Assembly (NCBI GenBank): GCA_002269645.1
Contig: NIVC01000930.1
Location: forward strand, 124,001-188,000
Source: Macrostomum lignano
Taxonomy: Eukaryota
DNA: 64,000 nucleotides
Reading direction: 5' to 3'
The notes beneath the pieces were generated by a model, which was not told where the DNA came from, ran no database searches, and worked only from the letters and a program-made list of their open reading frames with translations. A program made the translations under genes and the position numbers. Shown here piece by piece: positions 12,040-24,499 of this stretch (within the stretch, counting starts at the first letter, position 1; each line of letters opens with the position of its first letter).

Positions 12040-14150
12040 TTCAGTAAATGTTTAACAAAATTGTCTATTTAGTATGCAAGACAGTGTACATTTTTAGACT
12101 TTTTTATGCATGTCTCTGCTTTAAAAAGACACATCAAACACACACAAAGACACTATACAAGCTGAGATATTCCCTAGCAACGGTTGTTATGACATTTCCC
12201 AATATACCAAATACTGTATATGGTCATTTTTAGAGGAGCCGCTGCATTGTCGCACTTTGCTCTTTCTGAATGAAAATTGCACAGCTGCTTTATGCATGTC
12301 TCTACTTTAAAAATATACCCAGACACACTCAAAGACATCTTACAAGCTGAGATATTCCCTGGCAACAGTTGTTACAATGTTTCCCAATATACCAAATACC
12401 ATATTTGGTCATTTTTTGAGGAGCCATTACATTGTGGCACTTTGCTCTTTCTGAATGAACAGAATGAATGCACAGCTGCTTCACACATGTCTCTGCTTTA
12501 AAAAGACACCCCAGACACACTACAAAGATGTTTCACAAGCTGAGATATTCTTTAGCAATAGTTGTTACGACATTTTCTAGATATACCGAATGCTGTTTGA
12601 TGTTGCTGTTTGAATCATATAACCTTTTTTTCAGAAGCTGTGCTCTTTCTGCATGAAAATTGCACTGCTACTTTACACATGCCTTGCTATAAAAAGACAC
12701 ATTAAAGACCAACAAAGATGCTTCACAAGCTAAGATAATCTTTAGCAATGGTTATTACTATGTTTTCTAAATACTTAGTACACTGAATGCCTGTCTTTGG
12801 CATTTGCACATTCTCCAGTTGTTCGGTAGGCGATTTTGCTTACCCTTGTCAGAACTGTCAATTGCGAATTGCTTCGAGACTGGGTCAATTTTGCCCAACA
12901 ACCTGGCCCAACAATAACAAATTTTTTTGTTTGTGACAGAAAGTTCTAAACTCACAAAGGACACAGACATACATCTACATATATGTATAAAATCTTTCAC
13001 TCTGTGGTCTTTCCGACTGGAATGGGAATGCAATGTTTGAGCAGAAAGAAAGTGTCTATGGCCCAATTTTGACCCATCTGACTGAAACGGAGAGTGACAA
13101 ATATCTTCACTGTCTTGAAGAAGTTAAATACTACCTAAAATTTTTACATATGCTCTCAATAATCTTACCTTAATAATAATAATAGTAGTACAGTATATAA
13201 TCATAGTAGTATTGGTAATAATAACAGGACAGTAACATTAATAGTAACAATATTAATATTAATAATAATAAAATAATAATAAATCCAAAAAGCATTTATT
13301 ATTATTATAAAAAAATAATATTAATTTTAATAGTATTCAGTGTACTTAGTATTTAGAAAACATCGTAACAACCATTGCTAAAGAATATCTCAGCTTGTGA
13401 AACATATTTGTGGTGTGTCTGGGGTGTCTTTTTAAAGAAGAGACATGCGTAAAGCAGCTGTGCAATTTTTATTCAGAAAGAGCAAAGTGTAACAATGTAG
13501 TTGGCTTCCCAAAAAATGACCATATATGGTATTTGGTAATATTGGGAAATGTTGTAACAACCATTGCTAAGGAATATCTCAGCTTGGGCCTTTTCATATT
13601 ACCAATTCTAGAACCAGAATCGGTTCGGAATTCCAAGAAAAACAGCAGTATAACTATTAAACTCTGTTAATATTTGACTGCCTTAACAACCTAACTTAGC
13701 AAAATTTTTCACTTTCTTCTTGGCGATTGTCATTCAATAATAAAAACTTTATAGCATGTATTTCCCTCTAGTTATGGAGACAAAAAGTTATACTTCACAA
13801 ATTGGTTCTGGTTCTGGAACCAGAGCAAGCAATATGAAAAGGCCCCTTGTGAAGTATTTTTGTGTATGTCTGGGATGTATTTTTAAGGTAGAGACATGCA
13901 TAAAGCAGCTGTGCAATTTTTATTCAGAAAGAGCAAAGTGCGACAATGTAGCAGCTCCTCAAAAATGACCATATATGGTATTCAGTATATTGGGAAACTT
14001 TATAACAACCATTGCTAGGGAATATCTCAGCTTCTAAAGCATCTTTGTGTGTGTCTGATGTGTCTTTTTAAAATAGACACATGCGTAAAAAGTTAAAAAT
14101 GTACACTATCTTGCATACTAAATAGACAATTTTGTTAACCATTTACTGAA
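12040..14150. mobile_element. Foldback-like element: long inverted arms built from ~185-bp subrepeats
   Basis: The left arm (~12040-12789) is the reverse complement of the right arm (~13333-14150). Outer ends: ttcagtaaatgtttaacaaaattgtctatttagtatgcaag / cttgcatactaaatagacaattttgttaaccatttactgaa. The spacer is ~540 bp and AT-rich. No transposase or clear TSD seen. Confidence 0.78.
13586..13845. mobile_element. 260-bp MITE (PIF/Harbinger/Tourist-like) nested in the foldback right arm
   Basis: Perfect 15-bp TIR GGGCCTTTTCATATT / AATATGAAAAGGCCC, a subterminal inverted motif (ttctagaaccagaa / ttctggttctggaa), and a 3-bp duplication CTT interrupting the host unit ctcagctt|gtgaa. Confidence 0.8.
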
Positions 14151-15115
14151 CAATTTCTAAATGTCTATCTGAATGTCTATTGGGAAACCAATACATTGGC
14201 AAGAGTAACAATAACACTTTTAAGTTATGATTAGGCCCAATACTTAAACAATGATTACCTTAAAATATTTTTGCAACTTTAGGTTTAATGCCCTAAAGGT
14301 CCCAAAGTAAATAACTTTATTTAATAAAACTTTTTAACTATATGTTACTTTAAAACTTGACAATTATAAAATGAAAAAAAAACACTAAATTTTACCTTTT
14401 TAATTCTTAATTTATTAGCCTAATTAATTTCCTATTTCAAAAGTTTTATTTCTTAAATGTTTGCATTTGTTTTGGTTTCTTGATTTTTTTAGATTTGGAA
14501 GCACATTAAAAATATTTGGAAAAAGTTTTTGAATCCAAAACATTTATATTTTTAAAAATAAAACATTTTTTTCATTTTAGTCATAGATTTCAAATTCAAA
14601 TCCAAATATTGGATCCATCACTATTTATTGAATATTAATACTAGTAAGGAGTCTAATAAAAACTTATTTTTTGGAGCAGTTAGAAAGTGGTCTGATAACT
14701 GATATATTATGGTTAAAATATAATTGGTCTAAGATATGATAATGAGCTTAGGCCTTTATTTATTGAAAAAGGAAAAAATCATTTTTAAATCATGTAGGCC
14801 TACACAAGGCATCAGGCTTTGGCAAGCACTTGGTAATTTCTTAGCAGGGTCTAACATAAAAATTTTTTCACCAAAAAACCCTTTCTTAGAAAATGATTAT
14901 ATACAAATGTTGTCTGAGGCCTACACTACAACTCGAATCTACATGTATTATGGCAAGGCCAAGGCCCAAGGCTAGGCCTAATTTATGGTCAAATCAAGTC
15001 AGTCTTCCAGATTTTCCATCTTTAATCAGAATTCCTTGGCCATGCCGTGACACACACAAACTGTTCAATCAGTTTACTTGCTGTAAAAGAGATAAAGAAG
15101 TTAAACATTTGGGTT

Positions 15116-15218
15116 ATCCTGAAGATTCCCGCGTTTAATTATAACCCCCACCCCCACCACCCTTGAATAGAGGGCGAAATAATTCCGTAAAATAATTAAA
15201 CGCGGGAATCTTCAGGAT
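15116..15218. repeat. Perfect 27-bp inverted repeat around a ~49-bp spacer (mini-MITE or hairpin)
   Basis: ATCCTGAAGATTCCCGCGTTTAATTAT (15116-15142) versus ATAATTAAACGCGGGAATCTTCAGGAT (15192-15218). Confidence 0.85.
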
Positions 15219-15779
15219 TGCCAACATTTGTAGGGCCTACTATACATGACATGACTTAACAATTGGGAACTAGGAATTATTAGGGCCATTAAAATACAAG
15301 TCATATCGGTTATTTAAGATTGTCAGTCACGTGATTCACGACCATTTGAAAGAGTCAAAGTTTGCCGGAGGAAGGTTGTACACCTTGAAGCCGACTAAAC
15401 TGAAACGGTTACGTACGGCAAGGAATCGCGAAAATGTCCTGGAAATTTTCATACATTTAAAAGTTTACACAGGTATAACAAATTTAAATGCCTAAAATAT
15501 TATTGCTGCTATGATTAGCTACTAAAAGCACGTATCTGAATCTGCGTCCTAAAGAAAGTCAAAATTTGACTAATAATAATTTTATTTTATTGGTAAACAA
15601 ATTACCACACGTTCTTAGCAGTCCACCAGAAGGCCCAACGATTTCTTAGAAATGCGTTGGATGAGAAAAATTCAAAAATTTAAAACAGGGTGCAGCTCAT
15701 CTGGGCGATGTGGAGTCGATCTATAACCAACGTGGTTAACTTTTGTTTGACATTGCTTTAATAGCAATGTAACGATATA

Positions 15780-16020
15780 TACCGATTTTTTTCGGCAGCA
15801 ATTGCGTAAGCTGAAGCCGCGTAGCGGCTGAAGCTTAGTAGAGCAATTGCTGCCGAAAAAAATCGGTACATGTCATTATTGTACCCTTTTGACTTCCCCT
15901 GTCTATGGCCCAGACATGTCGCGGCTACGCGGCTTCAGCTTACGCAATTGCTGCCGAAAAAAATCGGTACATGTCATTATTGTACCCTTTTGACTTCCCC
16001 TATCTATGGCCCAGACATGT
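15780..16020. repeat. Interlocked inverted and direct repeat cassette
   Basis: 46-bp perfect inverted repeat 15780-15825 / 15924-15969; 77-bp direct repeat 15843-15919 / 15944-16020 (one mismatch). Confidence 0.88.
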
Positions 16021-16269
16021 ATAGTGCGGATGCTGAGTATGAAATGCGATTGTTGCCGGAATGCGCTTTGAAAGGGTTGTAGAGATAATCAATCGTCTAT
16101 GGCAAATTTAGTTGCTCTCTAAATGAAAGGGTTGTAGAGATAATTAATCGTTTATGGCAAATTTAAAGGACAGTGAAGACAGCTAGCCTGGCTGCCATGA
16201 GTTAATTCTCAAGTTGATTTTGAGCTTAAATTAATTCTCCTATTCGGAGTGCAAATAGGAAAACTAGCT

Positions 16270-16599
16270 ATGATTCGCTACGCAAACATTCCTGGCGGAG
16301 AAATATGTGGACTCTCCACGGACGAGTTGGCTTTTGTCACCCGAGAGTCGAGCACGCGCTATGTTCTGGAGATGGACAACCTGGATGCGTCGTCCAGTTC
16401 CAACGGGCTGCCTGAGCTAGGTAGCGAAGATCTGGAAATGTTGGACCGACTTGAGAGTGACTCAGTGCCGAAATCGACCGAGACGCAACGGAAGCTTCAC
16501 GTGGCAAGGTTCCGACAGTTCCTCAACGAGAAGGGGCTCTGCCAGGAGTTTGAGCGTGTTCCGGATCGATTTTTGAACGATTATCTGAGGCTTTTTTGA
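16270..16599 (+). pseudogene. Crypton-like (tyrosine-recombinase transposon; ZMYM/KCTD1-related) N-terminal fragment
   Basis: SVPKSTETQRKLHVARFRQFLNEKGLCQEFERVPDRFLNDYLRLF resembles the Crypton motif PKNT...T...V..F..WL......F......ELN..L..F. The frame stops where FY.E is expected and no catalytic domain is seen downstream. Confidence 0.55.
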
Positions 16600-18311
16600 G
16601 GTTTGTTCTTAAGAACTTTTTGTGACTATGAAACACTTTCGCCGTGTTGCTATTGTTGTTCCTTGTTTTGATAGCCAAATACATTCGTCTGAAATCCGGC
16701 AACAATCGAAAAAAGCCGACAAACAATTAAATTGTTACCGCAAGTATGAATGCCGGAAACCATAGACAAAAGGGAACAATAATAAATCCAGTCTGTGGGT
16801 AGTCGATATACAAATTAACCTGCATGGCTTGAGTCCTAATTTCTAAATTTTTTTTCCCACCCTCTCCTACCTCTTTACCGCTCCTACCGCTTCGCTTTAC
16901 ACAAATCGAAGGCATGATGGTCAACCCCCACAAAACACTGAATGATTACCATTCGATCTACATGTAACTGCATGCTTTCAATAAAAAACTATCGTTTTAT
17001 GCCGTTAAAATGAAAAGTTTCTATCTCCGTGTAGTGTGTATTTATCAACACATCGTGACATCCAGCCCCAGAAGTTTTATTCAAGGACCACTAGAAGTTT
17101 AGCATCGCTAAATATACACGTAAACAAGCGGGCCTTCAAAAAAATTGCAATTATTGCGTCCTGACACAACAGTAACTTCTATAGTGGTCCTTGGTTATTA
17201 TAAGCTTCCCAAAATCCTCGTTAGTCGACAGACTTTACTAATCTTTAATTAACGGCTCAAATGTACTAAATCTTTTTGCAACTATCATGTAAGATTAATG
17301 GTCATGCAAAAGACGGTTGTGGGAAACATTGGCACCCATGCTCCAACGCCTTCGACGACATTGTCACAAAATAACCTGCGCTTGAGGCAATTCTGCTTCC
17401 GATGATGACTCGAGCCTGAGCACACCGCTAGCACAAAGGTATACAGCGGTCAGCGGCCCTTATTTTTTAATCGTCAGGCATGTATTTGAAGTAGACTCTG
17501 TACCGGGGGATGGTTAATTGACTTTCGATGGTGTGAATCACACGAAAACACGCGCTGCGGTCAATTTTCGTGCACAAGTCAATCCCAGATGAATGTGTGT
17601 CTTAGCTCACGGAATCGAACAAGGATGCCCCCGCCCCCGAAATTTACCCCTCCCCTGAAATTCCGGAGAAAAAATCCCTTCCCCTTCCCTCTTCTGGGGT
17701 GCTGAATGGCCCCCCCGAAATTATAAATTCCTGGCTGCGCCACTGGGCCCTGTACGCGATCACACACAGATTGTACGTTACACATGTAAAATCTACTTAA
17801 AATTGTGGTATAAATAATAGCTCGTAAATAGAGGCATAATAGAATGATCGATCAAAACAAAGCGTTTATTGATAAACAAGAGTCATAATTGAGAGTTCAC
17901 TTTACATGTGATCATATCGTCAATTAGATCGATTGATATTGAAGCAGTGAATTCACTGAATAGAGAGACAACAATCAAAATGAACTTGAATTTACACTCA
18001 ATGCAAAGATGCTAATACTGACAAATTTACCCTATGTTTTTATGACCTCAAGAAAATCCTCATACCCAGACTTTGGCGAATCACTTTAAGCAGCTAAACG
18101 CTGATCGTTCTTCGTAACATATTTGCTTATCTAGGAGCAAAGTAATAAAAACCCCATCATCGTCCGGAAATGTTCCTCAAGCATTAATTATTTGTGTGGG
18201 GGCATATTTGGCGCACTTTTATGAAAATTAATAATGCTTCTGTGGTGCTGTGCGTACAACCCCTATAGAAGGCAAGTTTGCAATGATATGCGGTTATTGG
18301 TTGCACAGTGT

Positions 18312-21300
18312 TCATTTGGATATTCCACTTTTAACTGCGGATCCAGTGTTGGGTATTAGTTGATTGAAGGCGCTCAAAATTAGCTTCATTTGTTGTCGCT
18401 GATTTTCCAGTCCGCGTACCAAAGCAGCTTGATCTTCCCTCAGACTCCGCAGCTCCTGATGCAGACTGTTCTGAGCAGTTGACAATTGAGTCACTGCCTG
18501 TTGCAGCTGCTCCCAGTTACTCTGCATCTCGCCTTGCAGCCTCACCAGTTGTTTCTGCGATTCAAATTTTATCTCGTGCATCCCATCGTCGAGGCTCTCC
18601 CGCATCAGCTCCAGCATATCGGCCTGTCTCTCGATGGCGCTCTCGCTCTCGTTCTGCATCTCCAGCAGCTGCTCAGTGTGCCCAATCAGCTCCTGCAGCT
18701 CTCCCCGATTCTGCGATACCGCCTGCAGCAGCTTCGGTCGTGACACTCGAAATCGTAGGGCCTGAAGCTTCAAAAACTTCTGGTAGTCCGCCGGAATGTC
18801 CGGCCCGTCGCCCGACCACCAAGGCTGAAAAGGCGATTTCAAACGCATCTATAGTTACAGATGCATGCAGAGTGCATACAGATTGGCTATGCGAAGCCAT
18901 GTGGCCTAATAAGTCAACTATTATTATCAATTTGAACTCGGCCACGGTACTTACTTCGGCAGCACTTCTTTTAGAGCATTTTGATGTATCGTCTCGCCTC
19001 CGACAGGTGCGGTACCACTTAGCCAGGTAGTAGATAAAAGATATCGGCGGAGGCAGAAAGCTGATGTGCCTGTATTCCTGGAGCATATCGTAGTACTTTC
19101 GCCTCCAAATCACCAAGGCCTTATCCGCCATTCTGTTCACAGTTAGACTGAATAGAGCAATCAGTAAGTTGACCATGACGATGTTGACGAGAATGAGGAA
19201 CGCAAATATTAGAATGTTGTAGAACCACCAGTGTCCTCTAGGATGAGCGATTTCGCCAACCTTGACGTTGGTTGAGTTTGCCTCACTGGAATTAGCCTGA
19301 TTAAAGTCGAATTTCTCGAAAATTCCAAACATCATGTAGAAAGGCATGGTGAATATTTGAGCCGTAATCACCGAGAATGCTCGGTCATCGGATTCAATAG
19401 CGGCCACAGGAAATAGCAAGTTTAAAAAGAACACACCGAATGAGTAGAAGATTATGAAAATGAGCAGCAGAAATGGCAGCAAGTCTTTGATGATCAAGCT
19501 GCCTAGGATCGAGATCACGGGGCCGATTTTGTGGTAGTAGTAGAGAAACGCAACAGACCGAAATCCCCAGAGCAGGAATGAGGTGCTTAAAACAATCTGG
19601 TTGGCGTGGCAGATTTTTCCTCTCGACTGCGCGTAGACAATCCCCGTCAGGTTTAACAAAACGCCAGTCCACATCGCTAAAATCGCTAAAATATCGAAAT
19701 AATTCAGCATGTCTTTGAAGTACTGGGGACACCAGAAGCCTTTGCCGAATGCGAACGTCCTTCGTTTGCACTTGCGCCTGTAGAAGTCGTCGATCTCGTG
19801 ACAGGTGAACGATAGCGCGTACAGTGCGATGACCACTAGAAGAGCTAACTCCCTGGGTGGAACTTCCGTTGACGACAGTGGCAACCGAAAGCAGATGATG
19901 TGGTAGGCAAAAACGCAGAGAAAAACAATAAATGAGAAAAAGTATGAATAGAATTTCTTTTTGGCGGAGAGCTTCCACATTGGCACAACAGCGTCAGGTT
20001 TAGGCGCTGCCCAGTCGCTGCATACGAAGTGGTGCATGCACTCGGTTGCAAACATGTCGTCGCAGTCGGACTCTTCTATCAATTTCAGCACCGTCTTGAA
20101 TCCCGTTGTGCCATCTAGGGACGATCTGCTAGAGAATTTTGGTCCCTTTGTCGAGCTCCTGGACGAATCATCATCTTCATCCGAATTTGACTCAAAGTTG
20201 ATGTCCCCTCGAATGTAGTTATAGAGCAGTTCCTTGTCCTGAACAAAGCCATTCAAATACAAGTCATCCAGGCACGTGGCCGTCACAGTGATAATTCGCT
20301 TTCTGAGCTTGCTCAACTGATCGTGCTTGCCTTCCCTGGCGACAACCTTCGACTTCAACTGAATGATGGCGTTCAGAGCGCAAGGTATGATGTCGAACTG
20401 TCTGATGATAATCAGATCGGGTAGAATGTTCACTCTCTCGTGCAGAGCCGCGACGTCAGACATTGTGAGACTCTCGGCTTCGAGTGAGCTGATGCTAGAG
20501 TTTCTGCTCAATGAAAATCCTTGTTTAGCTTTCGCTCTTCTCAGAATCATCGGAATTTCTTTCGTTGGTCCCGCGTCCAGCTCACAACTGAACATGCTGA
20601 GGAACTCTTTCTCGGCTTTCAGGCTCAGAAGTTTGAGCCGAATCGCGCAACGGAGAATGACCGGCGAATCCTGTTCAAAAGCTTTGCACAGAATGCTAAT
20701 ATCTGCACCGAATTCATCCGACTCATTGCCGAGACTGGCACCGCCGCCGTCATCTTGTCGCTTAGTGTTTCGGTCCTTTTCCACTTCGGCTAAGACGGAA
20801 GCGTCCGCGATCAGTGCGAGAGATTTTCTAGCAGTCTCCAGATCCGGCAGTTTCAGTCCGCACTTTGGCGGATCGATGAGACGCAGAAAGTCGACCTGGG
20901 AAACACCGTTGGCCGATGCAACTTCTGAGATGACGTCCAATCTTCCCTTGTCGAAGCCGAAATCGATGCAGGATAGGCCCGCGTGGGTCTCATATGAGAG
21001 TGACAGTCCTTTGTCTAGCAGGAAACGAATGTTCTCTTTGTGACCGGCTTCGCATGCAAAGTGGAGGCATGTTGCGCCGGCGTACGGACCCTTGGAAACC
21101 GGAAGCCGAACCAAATCCTCGGCAGACATTTCCGAAATCTCCGCAAGCGGCTCCAGTATTTTTTTCAAGTCGTAGCGCCTAGAAAACGTGTGAGCAGCAT
21201 GAAGTCCCTGAGAATTGACTAAAATCCGCTTGAGAATTTCAGCCATTTCAGTGTCAGTAGACGAGTATTTGAGAATCTTGGCCAGAAATTCTGTTGGCAG

Positions 21301-23727
21301 CACGGAACAGTGAAGAAAATTCTCGTGCACATTGTTCTCTCTGCTCGGATCAACACCGCTTGAGCACAGAAGCTTAACAAAGCGAATGTGATTCAGGGTA
21401 GCATTGTGATCGGCATAGAAATGGTTGTCAGGCGGCATGAAAAGCGAGTGAAGCAGGGTGCCCTGGCTCAAGTTGGCATGCCTGAATGATATTCTATCGC
21501 TATACTCGACTAAAAAGTCGTACAATTTATTTCTTTGATCGAATTTCTTTGGCAACGGCACGTGACGCAGAGCCAATTGAAGAGGCGTCTCACGGTCTTT
21601 GTTCAGCCACTTCAAGCTGTCCAGACCGCTTAATTCAACCACTCGAGTGAATGTTTCCTGAAAGCCTCTGGCGGCGTAGTGCAGACAAGAATTGCCGGCT
21701 TCGTCCGTCAGTTTGAGGCTGTGACGTGACGTCAGCGCCAGGCAGTGCTCGACAACTGACCAGCTCTGGTGCTCCAGCAGAAAGTGGAGCGGCATTTGCT
21801 TCTGCCTGTTTCCTTGAAACAGACCTTCCTGACCGAATGTGTTAATTATTTTAGACCATTCTGTCCTACTAATTCTCTTATTCTTGGACAGATAGTGAAG
21901 ACACGTATTGCCGTTAGAATCCGCCAGATTCGGACAAGCGCTCATTTTGCACGCAATCTCAAGCAGTTTCATGCAAATCTCCGGCTTTTGAACCTCGCAG
22001 ACAATGTGCAGCGGCGTTCGCTGGTTGTTATTCTCGAGAAGAATGCACTTCTCTTTGTCGTCTGCCATCTTTATGAGTTCGATGATCATCAGTCCATTGT
22101 CGCGCTTCTTAGCCGCAATGTGGTAGCACGTGTCGCCGCTCTGGTCTTGCAGGACCTCGAGAAAGTTCTTCCGAATGCCGGCATTGAGTGCCATGAAAAC
22201 AAGCTCTAGGACTGTCTCAGCATTCTGATGCCTGCAGGCGATGTGCATGGGTGTCTGCATCGACTCATTCAGCTGCAATAGGCTCATTTCCTTAAACTCG
22301 GTTCTGTTAACCAGTTCAACGATGAGTCGCCCGTCGTGCCATCGCTTTGCAGCCATGTGGAAGCACGTATTCTTCTTTTGATCGCACTTCTGTGTTAGAC
22401 AGTAACGATTCTCCTGCTGGGCCAGTTCGACAAGTTTCAGAGCGGTGCTCATGCCTTTGAACTCGCACGCTATATGCAGCGGCGTCTGCTTCCAGATGTT
22501 TTCAAGCAGCAGACCTTTCTCCTTGCTGGCTGCCATCTTCACGATCTCCATGATCAGCATGCCGTTGTCTCGCTTTCTTGTTGCGATGTGAAAGAAAGTG
22601 TCCAGATTGTGATCGGCCATCTCTAAGCAGTCACTGTTAACTGCCAATGCCAGTTTGATCAACTTCAATGCCGTGTGCGCATCCTGCTTGTCGCAGGCAA
22701 TGTGCAACGGAGTCTGCTTCCAGTTGTTGAGCAGAAGCAGGCACTGCTCACTGCAGTATCCTTTCTCGCCAACTAACTTGGCAATGAGTGTCTCCGTGTC
22801 CTTTTTCCTGGCTGCAACATGAAGGCACGTGTCCCCATTCTGATCTCGGGCGGTCTCTAAGCAGTTCTCATCGGCTTTGACTGCCTGAGCTACTAGCTGG
22901 AGCACTGTAACTGCCGGCTGCTCTTCGCATGCAATGTGGAGCGGCGTCTGCTTGCTGCAGTTCTCAGCCAGTAGCAGTCTACCGCTGCAGTCCACCAGCT
23001 TCACCAGCTCCGCGATCAACGTGCCGGTGTCCCGCCGACCGGCAGCAAAGTGAAAGCAGGTGTCCCCATTGCGATCCTGCATCTTCTCGAGGCATCTGGC
23101 GTCAACTGACAGCGCCGCCTCCACTAATTCGGTAATGATCTGCGAGCAGTGGCATTTGCACGCGTTCAGGATTGGCGTGCAGCAGTTGTTGTCCTCCTGC
23201 AGCAGGCAGGTGGGCCCGAAGGCCTCCAGCAGGGCTTTCAGAGCGAAGGCTCCGCGGCAATCCAAAGCGGCAAAGTGAGCAGCGGTTCGGCCGGATGTCA
23301 GCGAAGCGAGCAGCTTCTTGCCAGCCGTGGGAACCGGTATGACTTTCGTCAGCGAGACAACTTTGTCGAAGAGCTTTGCTTTAGCAGCGTCGAGCAGCTG
23401 CTGCTGCCAGCAGTCGGCGGCCAAGCGGGTTCCGCTTATTGACGGCCGCGGGTTCAGCCGGAACGACACATCGGCTGCGTCGATCGAATCCGACCGCTGA
23501 TTCAGCGACGTGAAGTACGGCCGAGTCGACCGAGCTTCTTCCACAGCTTCGGCCGTGATTGCGTAGAACTGCGGCCGGCCCGTCTGCCGCGCTGGAGAGG
23601 CCGGCGTAGCTGCGGCCTGCGGTGTTCGCGGTGGCATGGGTGGCGGAGGCGGCGCCGGCGGAGGCAGCGACGGCGACTGCGGCAGCAACGGCTCCAGTTC
23701 GACTTCATCAGGCAAATTTCCGCTCAT
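18312..23727 (-). CDS. Ankyrin-repeat TRP cation channel with TRPM-like pore region (~1769 aa)
   Basis: Exon 1 is 23727-18955 (donor GTAAGT), the intron is 106 nt, and exon 2 is 18848-18312 (acceptor ATAG, phase 0). About 20 ankyrin repeats, six hydrophobic segments, S4-S5 KIGPVISILGSLIIKDLLPF, pore PFYMMFG, S6 VNIVMVNLLIALFS, TRP-box region IWRRKYYDMLQEY..FLPPP, and a C-terminal coiled coil. Confidence 0.9.
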
Positions 23728-24499
23728 TTTTGCGCCTCTAAACTAGGCGTCAACGCCCGCTAATAACTGGAGCCAGCGCGGTAACTCTGCGAATATTAGT
23801 TTATGCTTTTTCTTATCTGAAATTTGCAATTTCAATAAAGGCCCAGCGGAAGTCTGGTCGGTTAATCTGTTCAGGCGTGAAGTGACTCTGTAGCCGCGGC
23901 AGTGTAAATCTTTAGGTATTAAAGTTAAGTCTTAAGATTTCTGTTACCGATAAGCTTACTAGGCTAGTATCAAATGAAACAGATTGGCCGGGGTATGGTA
24001 GCTTTTGAATCAGCATTCACTTATCTGCAGAGTGGGGTCAGTAACATCTTAATAAAAGGTAGAGAGACAGAAACAGAGGCAGAGAGAGACCAACTAGCAA
24101 CGTCCATCGCTGACGCGTACAGCCCACGCAATCTCACAATTTGCTATTGTAAAATAATGCCACAATAGTGAAGAGAATGTTCTTCTTATCACAGTGCGTA
24201 AGAAAATGCTACGCTAGTTAGTTTGTTTACCGCGGTGCAATAACTAATGCAATGCCGCGATTGCAGAAGCCCACAAAATTTCTAACGCACTACTTATATA
24301 CGTCAACTAAGTAGTCAAGATGGAACTTCGATTTCTAATCTACATATTGACGTGATTGGCTGATTGTTTAGTGTCGACTAGTTTTGACCTTTGAAAATCT
24401 TTCTGTTACAAATTAGGTTAGGGACGGTGGTTGAGACCGGTGAAGAAGGCGGCTGCTGCTCACGTTGCAGGGGACTCATCACTAGAGAAGGCATAGCGC

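Noticed and set aside
18673-18954. C-terminal tail of the 1684-aa ORF as listed
   Set aside because: This is read-through of a 106-nt intron; the true last exon is in another frame (18848-18312, coiled coil).
19394-23500. Overlapping and antisense ORFs within the TRP gene
   Set aside because: Expected by-products of a long GC-rich coding exon; no recognisable domains.
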